64,000 bases of DNA from Eledone cirrhosa (GCA_964016885.1 OZ024744.1:28830001-28894000); one strand, 5' to 3'. Shown: positions 10,521 through 23,170, counted from the stretch's first letter. Translations and numbers: made by a program. The notes: a model not told the origin generated them from the letters alone.

Positions 10521-13500
10521 GTCCGTCTTCAACCCTTTCAATCTTGCCCACCACACAATCTCTTTCGTCATGGCCACCAGGCAGATGAAAACTGTCTGCT
10601 CTTCCTCCTTTTTAAAGGATAACCGGATCTCTCCTACATACGACATCAACTGTTCTACATAGCTCCACAAGTCAGCAAGAGGGCACAACCCTGGTGCACC
10701 GAGCACATGATGCTGAACGGCTGTGACAGGTGACCGTTTGCCTTCACAACTGAGCAGCGATCCAAGCTCTGAAAATGGGCCGAAACCGGCCGCCTCAAGG
10801 ACCATCACTAGGTATCGATGGTTGACCCTACCAAATGCCTTAGATTGATCCAAGTTGATCAGGCCCCCACCCGTGCCAGGTTCCTTAACCATCCTCTCTA
10901 TGATGTACCGCATGAGGTGGTGGTTGTCGTGGATGGATCTGTCTCGAATAGCGCATGTCTGCGCCTCACCCACCAGATCACCGACGACAAGTGCCAATCT
11001 CGTTGCTAACACCTTGGCCAAAATTTTGAAATTTGCGTTTAACAGAGTTATGGGCTTGAAGTTGTCTATAACGTACCCCTTGTTCGAGTATTTTCTCAAC
11101 AGCGCCACCACTCTCCGGCTCACAAAACTGGGAATGTTTCCGGTCTGCTGCCAATAGACATCTGCCAAACGGTCGCCGAACAAGTCTGGCATGTACGCAT
11201 AAAGCTCGTAGGTAGACCATCCAAACCTGGCCACCTTCATCTAGTGCAGTCAGACATCGCTTTCCGTACTCCATTGCTGTTATCGGCCCTTCACAGCACT
11301 GCGCTGCGGTTGTCGAAAGCTGCGGCAGTTCCTCGAGGTATGCACTGAAGCTCCCAAACAGTTGAGGAAAGTGCAGCTGAAAAACCTCACACATCTGTTC
11401 GGTTTTCGAGTAACATCTTTAGTCAGGCAAAGATTGAATTGTGGCTTTGTTGCCACGTCGCGCCTCCACCATCGGAGCCCATTGAACGGCTTTCGTCCCC
11501 TTGTGAATTAGAGCACGCGCTGTAGCTCTGACAGCGCAGCCTTCATGCTTTGCCTTGAATAATTGGTCGAGTGTCAATCTCGCCGCATCGGTTGCGATGC
11601 CTGTCCTAATCGACTCTTCTAGCTTTCTAACTAGCTCTCCTTCTCTTCTATTTTCTTCAATCACTAGTCCTTTGCTAAACCTTATCGATTCTACTTTAAT
11701 AGCCCTTTTCACGGTAAACCACCACCTGTTGTTGACGACCGCACCCGTCAACGCACGCTTATCTATTTCACTAATCCGGTCTCTGTAAGCTTTGCGCGTC
11801 GGGAACGACGCGTTCAGCTTCCAGTAGCCGGGCCCTTGCCTATGGTGTCTATCTAAGTCAACTTCACAGATCACAAATTTGTGGTCCGTGTAGTTAACTA
11901 CTTTAAATTGTGGACAACCTATACTAGCCTTATCTGTTTCCCTACTGAATACCCTATCTAAATACGATCTGGATGACCCGATGCGGTTTTCCCATGTCCA
12001 CATTGACATATTCGGATAATCCAGTCGATACCTGTCAGACAATTGGAAACGTCTGAGCAGGTTGTTGAGGCTTTTACATCCTCCTGTTTTATTTACTAGC
12101 CCCACATAACCCCAGCGAGCATCTAAGATACTGTTCCAGTCACCTACTAACACTAAATAGAGGGACGTTCCCAGAAAAGTCCCTAGATGTCTGAGAAATC
12201 TGGCCATCCTGCCCCCGTTGGGACGTAGACGGCCACTAGTCTGAAAACATTTCCTTCACTGCTGGTCACGTACAGCACCATCGACTTATTCTAAGTAAGG
12301 CCATGTTGCATGAGGAATGGAGTAAGTGAGAAAGGGTCACCTTCCCTGATCGTGTAGGAAAGGGACAGTAGAACCCTCCCTTTGGCTGGTCATGTGTGTC
12401 TCCAAGAGGATGTCGGTGTATATCCTCTTGGTAACTGACCCTCTGAAGTCTCTCACTGCGTTGGGGAATTTTTCTTTGAAATGTTTATAATGTTCCAGTT
12501 TAATTTCAACAATGTTTATATTTTTCGGAAGATTTCTTGGTGTTGGTGGGGTGTAGTAATTTTTGTCTGTAATGTCTGTGTGCTGCTTTATATATTCTAT
12601 AAGTTCTTTATTTACCATGTTTATGGCGGTGGAATGTCTTTTTTGGAGAGTGGTTGCTGCTTTCTTATTGCTGTTATTGGGTATGTGTGCCTTGTCGAGT
12701 TTGCGTTGCTGGTGTTTGCGATGATGCTTGTGGTGGTGTGGTTGTGTGGTTGTTGCTGGTGGTGATGCTTGTGTTGGTGATGGTGGTGGTGTTGCTTCGA
12801 GTCGCCTTGCAGCCTTTACCCCTCTTTGTTTGCCCTCACTTTTGGAGGGTGAAGCTAAGGGGTTCTTTCTTTCTTCTATTTTTGTGGCAGACCTTTTTCC
12901 ACTCCACTCCTTCCTCACACTCCATGCCGGATTCCGTAGCTAATGGGAGGGGTATGAACTCTATAGATGTTGGTGGTGGTAGCGGAGCCCACTCCGGCGA
13001 TTTTGTCGCCGGTGTAGCTACTACAACTGTAGCTATTGGTGTTGCCGCTACTGCTGCCGCTGTTTAGTTGCCGTGGCCTTGGTATGGGTCCCACGGAGGT
13101 TGCCATCCTGGTAGAGTCTGCCGCCTCTGTTGCCTGCCCTGCTCCTGGTAGCAGTGCACAGGCTTCGGAAGGAGGGGTGCTTTCGTTATTGTTGTCTTCT
13201 GCAGGCAAAAGCCCTGAGGCGACCCTTTGACCCAGAGGTCACACTTTAAGCGCCTTCCTTCCGAGCTTATAAAGAGTTGAACACTTTCCTCGAGGTCTAT
13301 GACGTCCGGGATAGCCTTGATACACTCCTAGTCAGTTTGTATTAGCATTTGCCTTCCTATACCTAACCAGTTCTCCCTCCCTATCCTCTGTACTTGCAGC
13401 GTAATCCTCCTGTCCTCGATTCCAGCAAGGACAGACACGGCCAGCGAAGGTATGGACACGTCGGGCGGGACCTGGATCACATTGTCAGTCACAATCTTCT

Positions 13501-13886
13501 GCTCGCAGCAGGAGGGCACCGAAACTATCTCCTCATTCTTTAGGGTTACCAAAGAGTGAGACTTCGCCTTTTGGGTGGTGGCGAAAAGTACGTCTACTGT
13601 GGCATACTTTTTACCTCGGGTGATGTGGGTTTTGCGTACCCAGACGCATCACAAGGCCTTCTGGATTTGAGCCCCCGTGGCTCTCTTCACCCGATATGAT
13701 ATTTTGCTTACAGTGCGGTAAGTTACCGTCCGTAGCTGCTGGTCCTTGAAAAAATAGGGTGGAGGTTTCAGGGAGACTCTTTTGGCATTTCTCGTCACCA
13801 TGGCCCTTGCGAATGCCATCTCCTCCCTCGTGACTAGCACTGTTTCTATATTTCGGGCCACAACTGCAAAAGAAGTGGCCCCTTTT
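10521..13886 (-). mobile_element. Degenerate, internally deleted Tx1-like LINE copy E (ORF1 remnant 12337-13886; EN/RT remnant 10680-12290; C-terminal scrap 10521-10680)
   Basis: ORF1 fragments match copy A (KPPPYFFKDQQLRTVTYR, KRIYTDILLE). ORF 10377..11240 fuses RT motifs directly to the C-terminal ADLWSYVEQL segment. Confidence 0.85.
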
Positions 13887-14132
13887 TCCTTTTTCTTTTA
13901 GGTCAAGATATTATGGTTTCCTAATGGAAGTTAAAATTAGTAAATAAGATTGAATAAGCGAAATTAAAAGTTTAGATTTGTAGTAAATTAAAGAATATAA
14001 CCTAAAGTATAGAATGCGATAACTTAGAAGAAAACTAGTAAATATCGTCTTCCATCGGATGAATTAACACGCAGTGATAGATAAAAAAATATATCGGAAC
14101 AAAGTATACATACTCATACACATAGGTACACA

Positions 14133-14202
<70 letters not shown>

Positions 14203-14412
14203 AGTATGTACACGTACATACATATATGTATACCGACGTACAGTAGTATGTATATATATATTTATATACATACATGCACACATATATATATGCACGTATG
14301 GATTCACCGAATATTTATTACAATGCTCGGTGTGTTTGTAAACAAACATCCCGTATTAAGCCGTAGTGTCTAGCAACCACCGTTGCTCGTTGGTTCAACA
14401 CTGACAAAGAAA

Positions 14413-14453
14413 CGCTGTACTAGTTTCAAGCTTGTTAGCTATCGTCAGCAACG
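14413..14453 (-). ncRNA. Minimal type I hammerhead ribozyme (family 1)
   Basis: Exact reverse complement of the motif at 14960-15000. Confidence 0.85.
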
Positions 14454-14959
14454 TATACCTTCCTGCCAGATTGTTGAACGTATATACTTACCTTATGCAT
14501 ATTAACGGCTGAGTAGCCCAATTTGCATATCGAGTGGGTTAATCGGCCGGGTGCACCGAAAACGATAAACAGAAAAAATGAAACGATATTTCATTTCCCA
14601 CTCTTAGTACGGCTGTTACTTAAATATAAGTATGTACACGTACATACATATATGTATACCGACGTACAGTAGTATGTATATATATATACATACATGCATA
14701 TATATATGTGTGCATGCATGTATATATATATATATACATACTACTGTACGTCGGTATACATATATGTATGTACGTGTACATACTTATATTTAAGTAACAG
14801 CCTTACTAAGAGTGGGAAATGAAATATCGTTTCATTTCTTCTGTTTATCGTTTTCGGTGCACCCGGCCGATTAACCCACTCGATATGCAAATTGGACTAC
14901 TCAGCCGTTAATATGCATAAGGTAAGTATATACGTTCAACAATCTGGCAGGAAGGTATA

Positions 14960-15000
14960 CGTTGCTGACGATAGCTAACAAGCTTGAAACTAGTACAGCG
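14960..15000 (+). ncRNA. Minimal type I hammerhead ribozyme (family 1)
   Basis: CGTTG-CTGACGA-t AGCT aaca AGCT t-GAAA-CTAG-TA-CAGCG: stem I CGTTG/CAGCG, stem II AGCT/AGCT, palindromic stem III ACTAGT, GUA cleavage after 14995. Confidence 0.88.
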
Positions 15001-15387
15001 TTCCTTTGTCAGTGTTGAACAAACGAGCAACGGTGGTTGCTAGACACTACGGCTTAATACGGGATGTTTGTTTACAAACACACCGAGCATTGTAATAAAT
15101 ATTCGGTGAATCCATACGTGCATATATATATATGTGTGCATGTATGTATATATATATATATATACATACTACTGTACGTCGGTATACATATATGTATGTA
15201 GGTGTACATACATATATTTAAGTAACAGCCGTACTAAGAGTGGGAAATGAAATATCGTTTCATTTTTTCTGTTTATCGTTTTCGGTGCACCGGGCCAATT
15301 AACCCACTCGATATGCAAATTGGGCTACTCAGCCGTTAATATGCATAAGGTAAGTATATACGTTCAACAATCTGGCAGGAAGGTATA

Positions 15388-15428
15388 CGTTGCTGACGAT
15401 AGCTAACAAGCTTGAAACTAGTACAGCG
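15388..15428 (+). ncRNA. Minimal type I hammerhead ribozyme (family 1)
   Basis: Identical to 14960-15000 and 428 nt downstream. Confidence 0.88.
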
Positions 15429-15695
15429 TTCCTTTGTCAGTGTTAAACAAACGAGCAACGGTGGTTGCTAGACACTACGGCTTAATACGGGATGTTTGTT
15501 TACAAACACACCGAGCATTGTAATAAATATTCGGTGAATCCATACGTACATATATATATATGTGTGCATGTATGTATATATATATATACATACTACTGTA
15601 CGTCGGTATACATATATGTATGTACGTGTACATACTTATATTTAAGTAACAGCCGTACTAAGAGTGGGAAATGAAATATCGTTTCATTTTTTCTG

Positions 15696-15753
<58 letters not shown>

Positions 15754-15789
15754 AGTATTGAAATTTGCTTGAAGCATTGTGGAATAATA

Positions 15790-16318
15790 AGATATATTTT
15801 TTAGGACGTTTTGGAAGCCTCAATAATGCAGATGGGTAATTCTCCGGGTAACAAGATCCGGTGGTGAAATGAGAGATGTAAGGGAATGTAGAATGAGATG
15901 TATAGTGTGTAGAAGAATGTAGGAAAGAGCGTAAAAAATAAAAATAATAACACGAGATAGAGTTACCTTGCGAGAGATTTAATTGTCCCTATATTTCGGA
16001 TTGAAAATATGAATATTCAAAACAACGAACAGCGGAGGTCACGTTTTGCTCCTATCCGACAGATAACCTCCCCCTCCCTCCGAAAAAACCCCAGTCGATG
16101 GATGCGAATCCGAAATATAGGGACAATTAAATCTCTCCCAAGGTAACTCTATCTTGTGTTATTATTTTTATTTTTTACGCTCTGTCCTACGTTCCTCTAT
16201 ACACTATACATCTCATTCTACATTCCCTTACATATCTCTCTTCACTGGATCTTGTTAACCGGAGAATTACCCATCTGCATTGTTGAGGCTTCCAAAACGA
16301 CCTAAAGAAAATATATCT
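15790..16318. repeat. Foldback element with about 210-bp imperfect inverted arms (15790-16002 / 16107-16318) and a spacer of about 105 bp
   Basis: Arms align as reverse complements with about 10 substitutions and small indels. TA/TCTA repeats lie nearby on both sides. Confidence 0.85.
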
Positions 16319-16356
16319 ATCTATCTATCTCTCGATCTATCTATCTATCTATATAT

Positions 16357-16738
16357 ATAGTTATGTAATAAACAACATAAGGCAATTATTTCATTTACCA
16401 GTGGTCTCTTAAAAGCAAAGAAATTTGCTTTCAATCATCAGAATGAAAAAGTCCTGGTGTATTTATTGGCGTTGGATTTTAAAAACAAAAATGCAATCTA
16501 TATGAAAGTGAGGTTGGAAAATGAAGAAGGAAAGGAAAAATAAAATAAAAACACACATGCAAACACACACACACACAATTATATAAATACACACATATAT
16601 ATATATATATATATACATACACACATACATATACACACACATATACACACACACACACATATATGTGTATATATATACATACACATACATATACACATAC
16701 ATACATACACACATAAATATCAACATATCCATACATAC

Positions 16739-16787
<49 letters not shown>

Positions 16788-18000
16788 CACATACACATAC
16801 ATATACATACACATATACAAACACATACATTCATACACACAATCATACGTATATACACACGTACATACATACACATACATACACACATATATACACGCAT
16901 ATATACGCATGCACAAAAATAGAAATATATACACACACCTCTACATACTCACACACACAAATAAATATAAGAAAAAATACATAATAATAAAAAACAAAAA
17001 TGAATATAACTATTATTATAATGTTGACAGCGAGACAGGCAACAAGTGAAACACACGTGGTAAGCAATACACACAAATGCACGTACACAGACATACGTAA
17101 AAATAAATACATACACACACTCTCACACATAAATATACATATACAAATACATAAACACACACATACGCATACACAATTACATAGACACACACATATACAT
17201 ATATATACACACACATACATATATATATATATATCTATATATATATATACACATACATACATATCCATACAAATATACACATATATATACATTACATACA
17301 TATCACAAACACATACATACAAATACAAACACACACATATATATGTGTGTAAAACTCATTCTTAGATAATTCATATGAACCTTGTTTAACTCTAAAATAT
17401 ATATATATATATATACATACATACACATATATACACGTACATACATACTCTTATACACATATATACCTACACACACATATATACATACACATACGTATGC
17501 ATACATACATACACACACACACACATACATATATATATTGTTATACTTTGGGAGTATAAACAATAAATTCAGAAACGAAATATATATATATATATGAGAA
17601 AGGCCATAAATATTATATATATATATAAAAACTAAATATTGTATATATAAAAATAAAAATAAATATAAAAATAAAAATAAAAATAAAAATAAAAATAAAA
17701 ATAAAAATAAAAATAAAAATAAAAATAAAAATGAAAATAAAAAGTTGGGAATACGAGAAATAATAAATAAAAAATTAATATATTTAGAAAAGGGTATAAA
17801 TGCTTATAGCAGATTTGGCGCACTCAACAAGTTCCTGGAGCAAAAGATCAATGAAAATAATCATTAAGTCACTGTATGTAATGATGCATATACATACACC
17901 CATACATATACATATATATACATATATATATATACACACACACACAAAATCACAACCACAGAAATACACACACACATACAATTACGTATATATATATATC
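16357..18000 (-). repeat. Microsatellite-rich non-coding PLE-related repeat; inverted, diverged copy of 22245-25638
   Basis: Unique islands match in reverse complement: 16357-16570 with 25420-25638, 17340-17400 with 23035-23110, and 17740-17990 with 22250-22525. HHR at the terminus. Confidence 0.75.
16389..16448 (-). ncRNA. Hammerhead ribozyme (family 2), probably inactivated (GAAA changed to GAGA)
   Basis: Same fold as 25546-25606 but the core reads CTGATGA...GAGA. Confidence 0.7.
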
Positions 18001-19648
18001 CAGTAAACGGGGCCCTAGGATAGGAAGAGGAAATGGCTAGATCATTTTAGGACACTACTAGGAGAGCCACCCTCCACAGCCCAGAGCACTGGGGAGATCA
18101 GGCGGCTGTTTGAGGAACTGGATGTTGAGACAGAGCCCTTCACCAGAGAGGAGCTTCAGAGAGCCAAGAAGAGGATCAAGGAGGGCAAGGCTCATGGAGA
18201 AGATGGAGTGGCATCAGAGGTGATGAAGAGGTGTGATTTTGATGATATCATCCTGGGGTTCTGTAACGGGGCACTGGAGAAAGGAGTTGCCCCGAATCAG
18301 TGGAAGATCAGTAACATCGTCCCAGTGCCAAAGAAGGGAGATCTCTCTAACACCAAAAACTACCGGGGGATCTCACTGACGTCACTTGTGGCAAAGACCC
18401 TCAACAGGATGATTCTTAACAGGATCCAGCCTGAGATGGAGAAGAAGCTCAGGGACAACCAGAACGGCTTAAGAGAGGGTAGATCAACCACCAGTCACAT
18501 CCTGATGCTGAGGAGGATATTAGAGGGAGCTAGAGCAAAGTGCCTTCCTGCAGTCATGGTTTTCATTGACTTTAGGAAGGCCTTTGATTCTGTGGACCGT
18601 TATTGCCTGATGAAGATCTTACAGGCTTATGGAATCCCCAAGAAGATAGTGGACCTGATATCACTGCTCTACACCAACACCAACGCCCAAGTCATTACAC
18701 CTGATGGGATGATAGAGTTCTTTGAGATACTGGCTGGAGTGCTCCAGGGAGATACATTGGCTCCCTAACTTTTTGTCATCGTAGTGGACTATTGTATGCG
18801 CCTTGCACTGGAGAAACACCAGGACTCTGGCTTTACTGTAGCACCGGCTCAGAGCAGGAGAGTTAGGGCGAAAAAGGTATCGGATGCTGAATTTGCCGAC
18901 GACATAGTTTTGGTGACAAATACAGTGAAGGAGGCAGACGATTTGATGCGGGAGGTTGAGACTGTGTTGATGAGTGTGGGGCTGAGAATGAATGAGACTA
19001 AAACAAAATATCTGGTAGAGAATGTTGAGAGGCCAGAGGGGATCACTAATGTAGGCGGGAAGCCGCTGGAATTGGTTGAGGACTTCCTGTATTTGGGAGC
19101 AAAGATTGGGAATACGGAAGATGATGTGGTTGAGAGGAAGAGCAAGGCCTGGGCGGCGTGCCACAGCTTGAGATCGGTGTGGAAGTCGGACCTTCGTAGA
19201 GACCTGAAAATCCGCCTCTTCATTGCTGTAGTGGAGTCTGTGCTGCTGTATGGGTCTGAGACTTGGACACTGACCAAGAAACTCACTCAGATGGTGGATG
19301 GGTGCTACACGAGAATGCTGAGGATGGCTCTGAACATTAATCAGTATACACTGAGGATGAAAAATTCAGAGCTGTATGGGAGCATCCCAAAAGTCAGCTC
19401 AAAAGTGACACAGAGGAGATTGAGGTTAGCTGGACATGCTCACCGACATCCAGAGTTGACATTACACTCAGTACTCCTTTGGGAGCCCCTACATGGACAC
19501 ACTAGAAGAGGAAGACCAAGGTTAACGTATGTTGATGCCCTAAGGACAGACACTGGTCTGTTGGAGATGCAGGACATGGCAGCGATGATGAGGGACAGAG
19601 ACCGCTGGAGAGAACTCGTCCATGGATCTCGGGAATTTTACCCGCCTT

Positions 19649-19650
<2 letters not shown>
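18001..19650 (+). mobile_element. 5'-truncated RTE/RTE-X-like LINE (RT and C-terminus) with one in-frame stop at 18766-18768
   Basis: NYRGISLTS, FIDFRKAFDSV, GVLQGDTLAP, FADDIVL, FLYLG, LLYGSETW and RRGRPRLTY. The stop codon runs straight into (AT)n, and the 5' flank is also (AT)n. Confidence 0.88.
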
Positions 19651-19690
<40 letters not shown>

Positions 19691-19842
19691 TTAGAATTGG
19701 AGCTCTGAAATAGCAATATATATATGGATGTATATATAATGTATTTTGCAATACACTTTATGCTTAATTAAAAGCATTTTGAAGACCGTATGCTATTGTT
19801 TTAGAGTAGTGACAAATTCACTTACTTTAATCTCAGCAAACA

Positions 19843-19905
19843 GGGGAGATAAGCCGACAAGGCCTTCTTTCGCTTTTGTTGAAGCTTATCAAGGCTAACT
19901 ACCCC
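19843..19905 (-). ncRNA. Hammerhead ribozyme (family 3, U3-A8 core) with one stem III mismatch
   Basis: Reverse complement of 20163-20225, but reads GAAAGAAGG instead of GAAACAAGG. Confidence 0.72.
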
Positions 19906-20162
19906 TCCTGTCTACTGAGATTACTGATGTTATATTCTTATAAAATTCTAGTAAATAATCAGGAACTGATTATACAGAGCGATTGTTGGTCAGGCAGAAA
20001 TTAAAAATTAGAATTGGAGCTCTGAAATAGCAATATATATATGGATGTATATATAATGTATTTTGCAATCCACTTTATGCTTAATTAAAATCATTTTGAA
20101 GACCGTATGCTATTGTTTTAGAGTAGTGACAAATTCACTTACTTTAATCTCAGCAAACAGGA

Positions 20163-20225
20163 GGGGTAGTTAGCCTTGATAAGCTTCAACAAAAGCGAAA
20201 CAAGGCCTTGTCGGCTTATCTCCCC
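20163..20225 (+). ncRNA. Hammerhead ribozyme (family 3, U3-A8 core)
   Basis: AGCC-TTGATAA-GCTT caacaa AAGC-GAAA-CAAGGCCTTG-TC-GGCT: stem I AGCC/GGCT extended by GGGG/CCCC, palindromic stem III ACAAGGCCTTGT, GUC cleavage after 20212. Confidence 0.82.
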
Positions 20226-20463
20226 TGTTTGCTGAGATTAAAGTAAGTGAATTTGTCACTACTCTAAAACAATAGCATACGGTCTTCAAAATGCTTTTAA
20301 TTAAGCATAAAGTGTATTGCAAAATACATTATATATACATCCATATATATATATTGCTATTTCAGAGCTCCAATTCTAATTTTAAATTTCTGCCTGACCA
20401 ACAATCGCTCTGTATAATCAGTCCCTGATTATTTACTAGAATTCTATAAGAATATAACATCAG

Positions 20464-20559
20464 TAATCTCAGTAGACAGGAGGGGTAGTTAGCCTTGATA
20501 AGCTTCAACAAAAGCGAAACAAGGCCTTGTCGGCTTATCTCCCCTGTTTGCTGAGATTA
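20464..20559 (+). ncRNA. Hammerhead ribozyme (family 3) with a long extended stem I
   Basis: Same core 319 nt downstream (cleavage after 20531). Outer helix TAATCTCAGTAGACAGG/CCTGTTTGCTGAGATTA is 17 bp with 2 G.U pairs. Confidence 0.85.
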
Positions 20560-20565
20560 AAGTAA

Positions 20566-21765
20566 GAAAAGAGGGGGAAAGAAATGACATAGGAAAAATT
20601 TTAAATATAAGGGGAGATAAGGGAGAAAGAGAATACGAGAGTACAGAACATGGATTCAGCATGTAAAAAAACCGTAGTGGAAGTAAAGAGCAGAGAAGGA
20701 GTTCAAGGTGGTTGAGTTATCATAGGAATGTCAATCCAGTTACAGATCAGATGTGATTTCAAATGAGGACAACATCTGAAGATCTCGGTCTTTGAGTTCA
20801 GGCAAGCAGAAGTGGCCTTCAAGATTAGCAAAATCCTATATTTTTCTGTGGTACACAAAGAACAATTCTTTGTGCCCCTTTGGTACTCCCTCAAATGGTT
20901 TAAAATAGACCAATCGATGGAGTACGGGTTGTTTTTATCCTTGAATTCCCACACCTTACTTGCGAGGGCCGTTGCTGTTCGTTTATCGGAGTGCTTAAAA
21001 GAAGCGACATGTGCATAATACCTGGTTTTAAACATGTCCTGGGTCATGCCAACATATCGCTCATGCCTGCCTGGCTGGTTGTTGATTAAAGGTGTCACTT
21101 TGGCCTCATAAACAACAGATTTGGTGTTACATTTGCCCTGTAACGGGCATTCATCCGGCTTCCTGCAACTACATCCTGAATTTGTTCTCGTATGATTTGA
21201 ATTAGTGATCTTAGACTTCATTGATGGGCAACAAGAGTAACTGATCTTAACTACATTTCTATTAAATATCTTATAATACCTATGATTAGGAGGAAAATGT
21301 TTATCTAAGAGTTCAAGTAATATTCTTCCTACATTAGTTTTGACAGTTAGAGAGAAGGGGCGTGTAAACCAAATAATTTTCCTTTTCCTATTATTGTGGT
21401 TAGTTTTAGGGGAGGGGAGTAGGTAAATAATAAATTTGTTCTTGAAAACCGCTGTTATTAAGGGCTTTATTATAATAAGGGGCAGCTTTATTAAAAATGT
21501 CTAGAGACGAAGATAAGGTAGAAATCCTACGGCTAATGTTGGGAATAAGATTTTTTTAAATTATAGGGGGATGGCAAGACTCTTTGTGTATATACCTAAG
21601 ATTTTCATTCCTATGATAACTCAACCACCTTGAACTCCTTCTCTGCTCTTTACTTCCACTACGGTTTTTTCCCTGCTGAATCCACGTTCTCTACTCTCGT
21701 ATTCTCTTTCTCCCTTATCTCCCTTTATATTTAAACCTTTTCCTATGTCATTTATTTCCCCCCAC
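20566..21765 (-). mobile_element. 5'-truncated Penelope-like element (Naiad-like): RT thumb/linker, GIY-YIG and 3' UTR, with an inverted copy of the 3' UTR start at the truncation point
   Basis: ORF 20703..21221 has CSCRKPDECPLQGKC, VVY..YVGMT, FKTRYYAH, CSLC and CCPH. Upstream linker IIWFTRPFSLTVKTNVG. 21608-21762 is the reverse complement of 20573-20729. Confidence 0.85.
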
Positions 21766-22017
21766 TTTTTCCCCTCTGCTTTTTTGCCTCACACTTCACA
21801 TACCAAAATTTTTTTTTATTTTTAGATATTAATTTTTTTGTGTGTTGCGTATATGTATGTATATGTGTATATATGTATATGTATATATATATATATGTGT
21901 GTGTATGTATATGTGTGTGTATATGTATATGTGTATGTATGTTTATATCTAACTGTATGTATATGTATATGTATATATAATCGTATATATTATATATTTC
22001 TGTTGTATTTGTGTGTG

Positions 22018-22048
<31 letters not shown>

Positions 22049-22053
22049 ATATA

Positions 22054-22094
<41 letters not shown>

Positions 22095-22218
22095 ATATAT
22101 GTATGTATATATGTGTATGCATGTATATATAGATTTAATGTGTGGGTATGGGCGTGTGTATATATATAATAGCCTCAGAAATGGCTTGAGCTCTGCCGTG
22201 GGGTCAGACTTTTTCCTA

Positions 22219-22252
<34 letters not shown>

Positions 22253-22814
22253 CGTAATTGTATGTGTGTGTATTTCTGTGGTTGTGTTTTTGTGTGTGTG
22301 TGTGTATGTATATATATATGTATATATATGTGTATATGTATATATATATATATATGTATATGTATGTATGGGTGTATGTATATGCATCATTACATACAGT
22401 GATTTAATGATTATTTGCATTGATCTATTGCTCCAGGAACTTGTTGAGTGCTCTAAATCTTCTATAAGCATTTATACCCTTTTCTAAATATATTTTATTC
22501 ATTATTTCTCGTATTCCCAACTTTTTATTTTTATTTTTATTTTTATTTTTAATTTTATTTTTATTTTTATTTTTATTTTTATTTTTATTTTTATTTTTAT
22601 TTTTATTTTTATTTTTATTTTTATTTTTATTTTTATTTTTATTTTTATTTATTTATTTATTTATTTATTTTTTATTATTTATTTATTTATTTTTTTTATT
22701 TTTTTTTATTATTTTTTTTATTATTTTTTTTTTTAATTTTATTTTTTTTATATATACAATATTTTATATAAACAATATTTAGTTTTTATATATATATATA
22801 ATATTTATGTTCTT

Positions 22815-22851
<37 letters not shown>

Positions 22852-22978
22852 TATATGTATGTGTGTGTGTGTGTATGTATGTATGCATACGTATGTGTAT
22901 GTATATATGTGTGTGTAGGTATATATGTGTATGTGAGTATGTATGTATGTGTATATATGTGTATGTATATATATATAT

Positions 22979-23040
<62 letters not shown>

Positions 23041-23170
23041 GTTAAACAAGGTTCATATGAATTATCTGAGAATGAGTTTTACACACATATATATGTGTGT
23101 GTTTGTATTTGTATGTATGTGTTTGTGATATGTATGTATATATATGTGTATATTTGTATGGATATGTATT

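Larger units (their letters stand above)
14200..15698. repeat. HHR-bearing 428-bp repeat: one minus-strand copy joined head-to-head (about 14705) to about 2.3 tandem plus-strand copies; retrozyme-like or PLE pLTR array
   Basis: Near-identical units with HHRs at 14413-14453(-), 14960-15000(+) and 15388-15428(+). No real ORF. Ends lie in TA/CA microsatellites. Confidence 0.88.
19684..20565. repeat. HHR-bearing repeat of about 318 bp: about 1.5 copies in one orientation, inversion point about 20160, then about 1.3 copies in the other; retrozyme-like array
   Basis: TTAAAAATTAGAATTGG recurs at 19685 and 20001. 20161-20565 is the reverse complement. Three HHRs. Confidence 0.88.

Noticed and set aside
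35-13230. Plus-strand ORFs overlapping the Tx1 copies
   Set aside because: They are antisense shadows of GC-richer LINE coding sequence with no independent motifs. The R4-like ORFs at 4706-6938 are the exception and are annotated.
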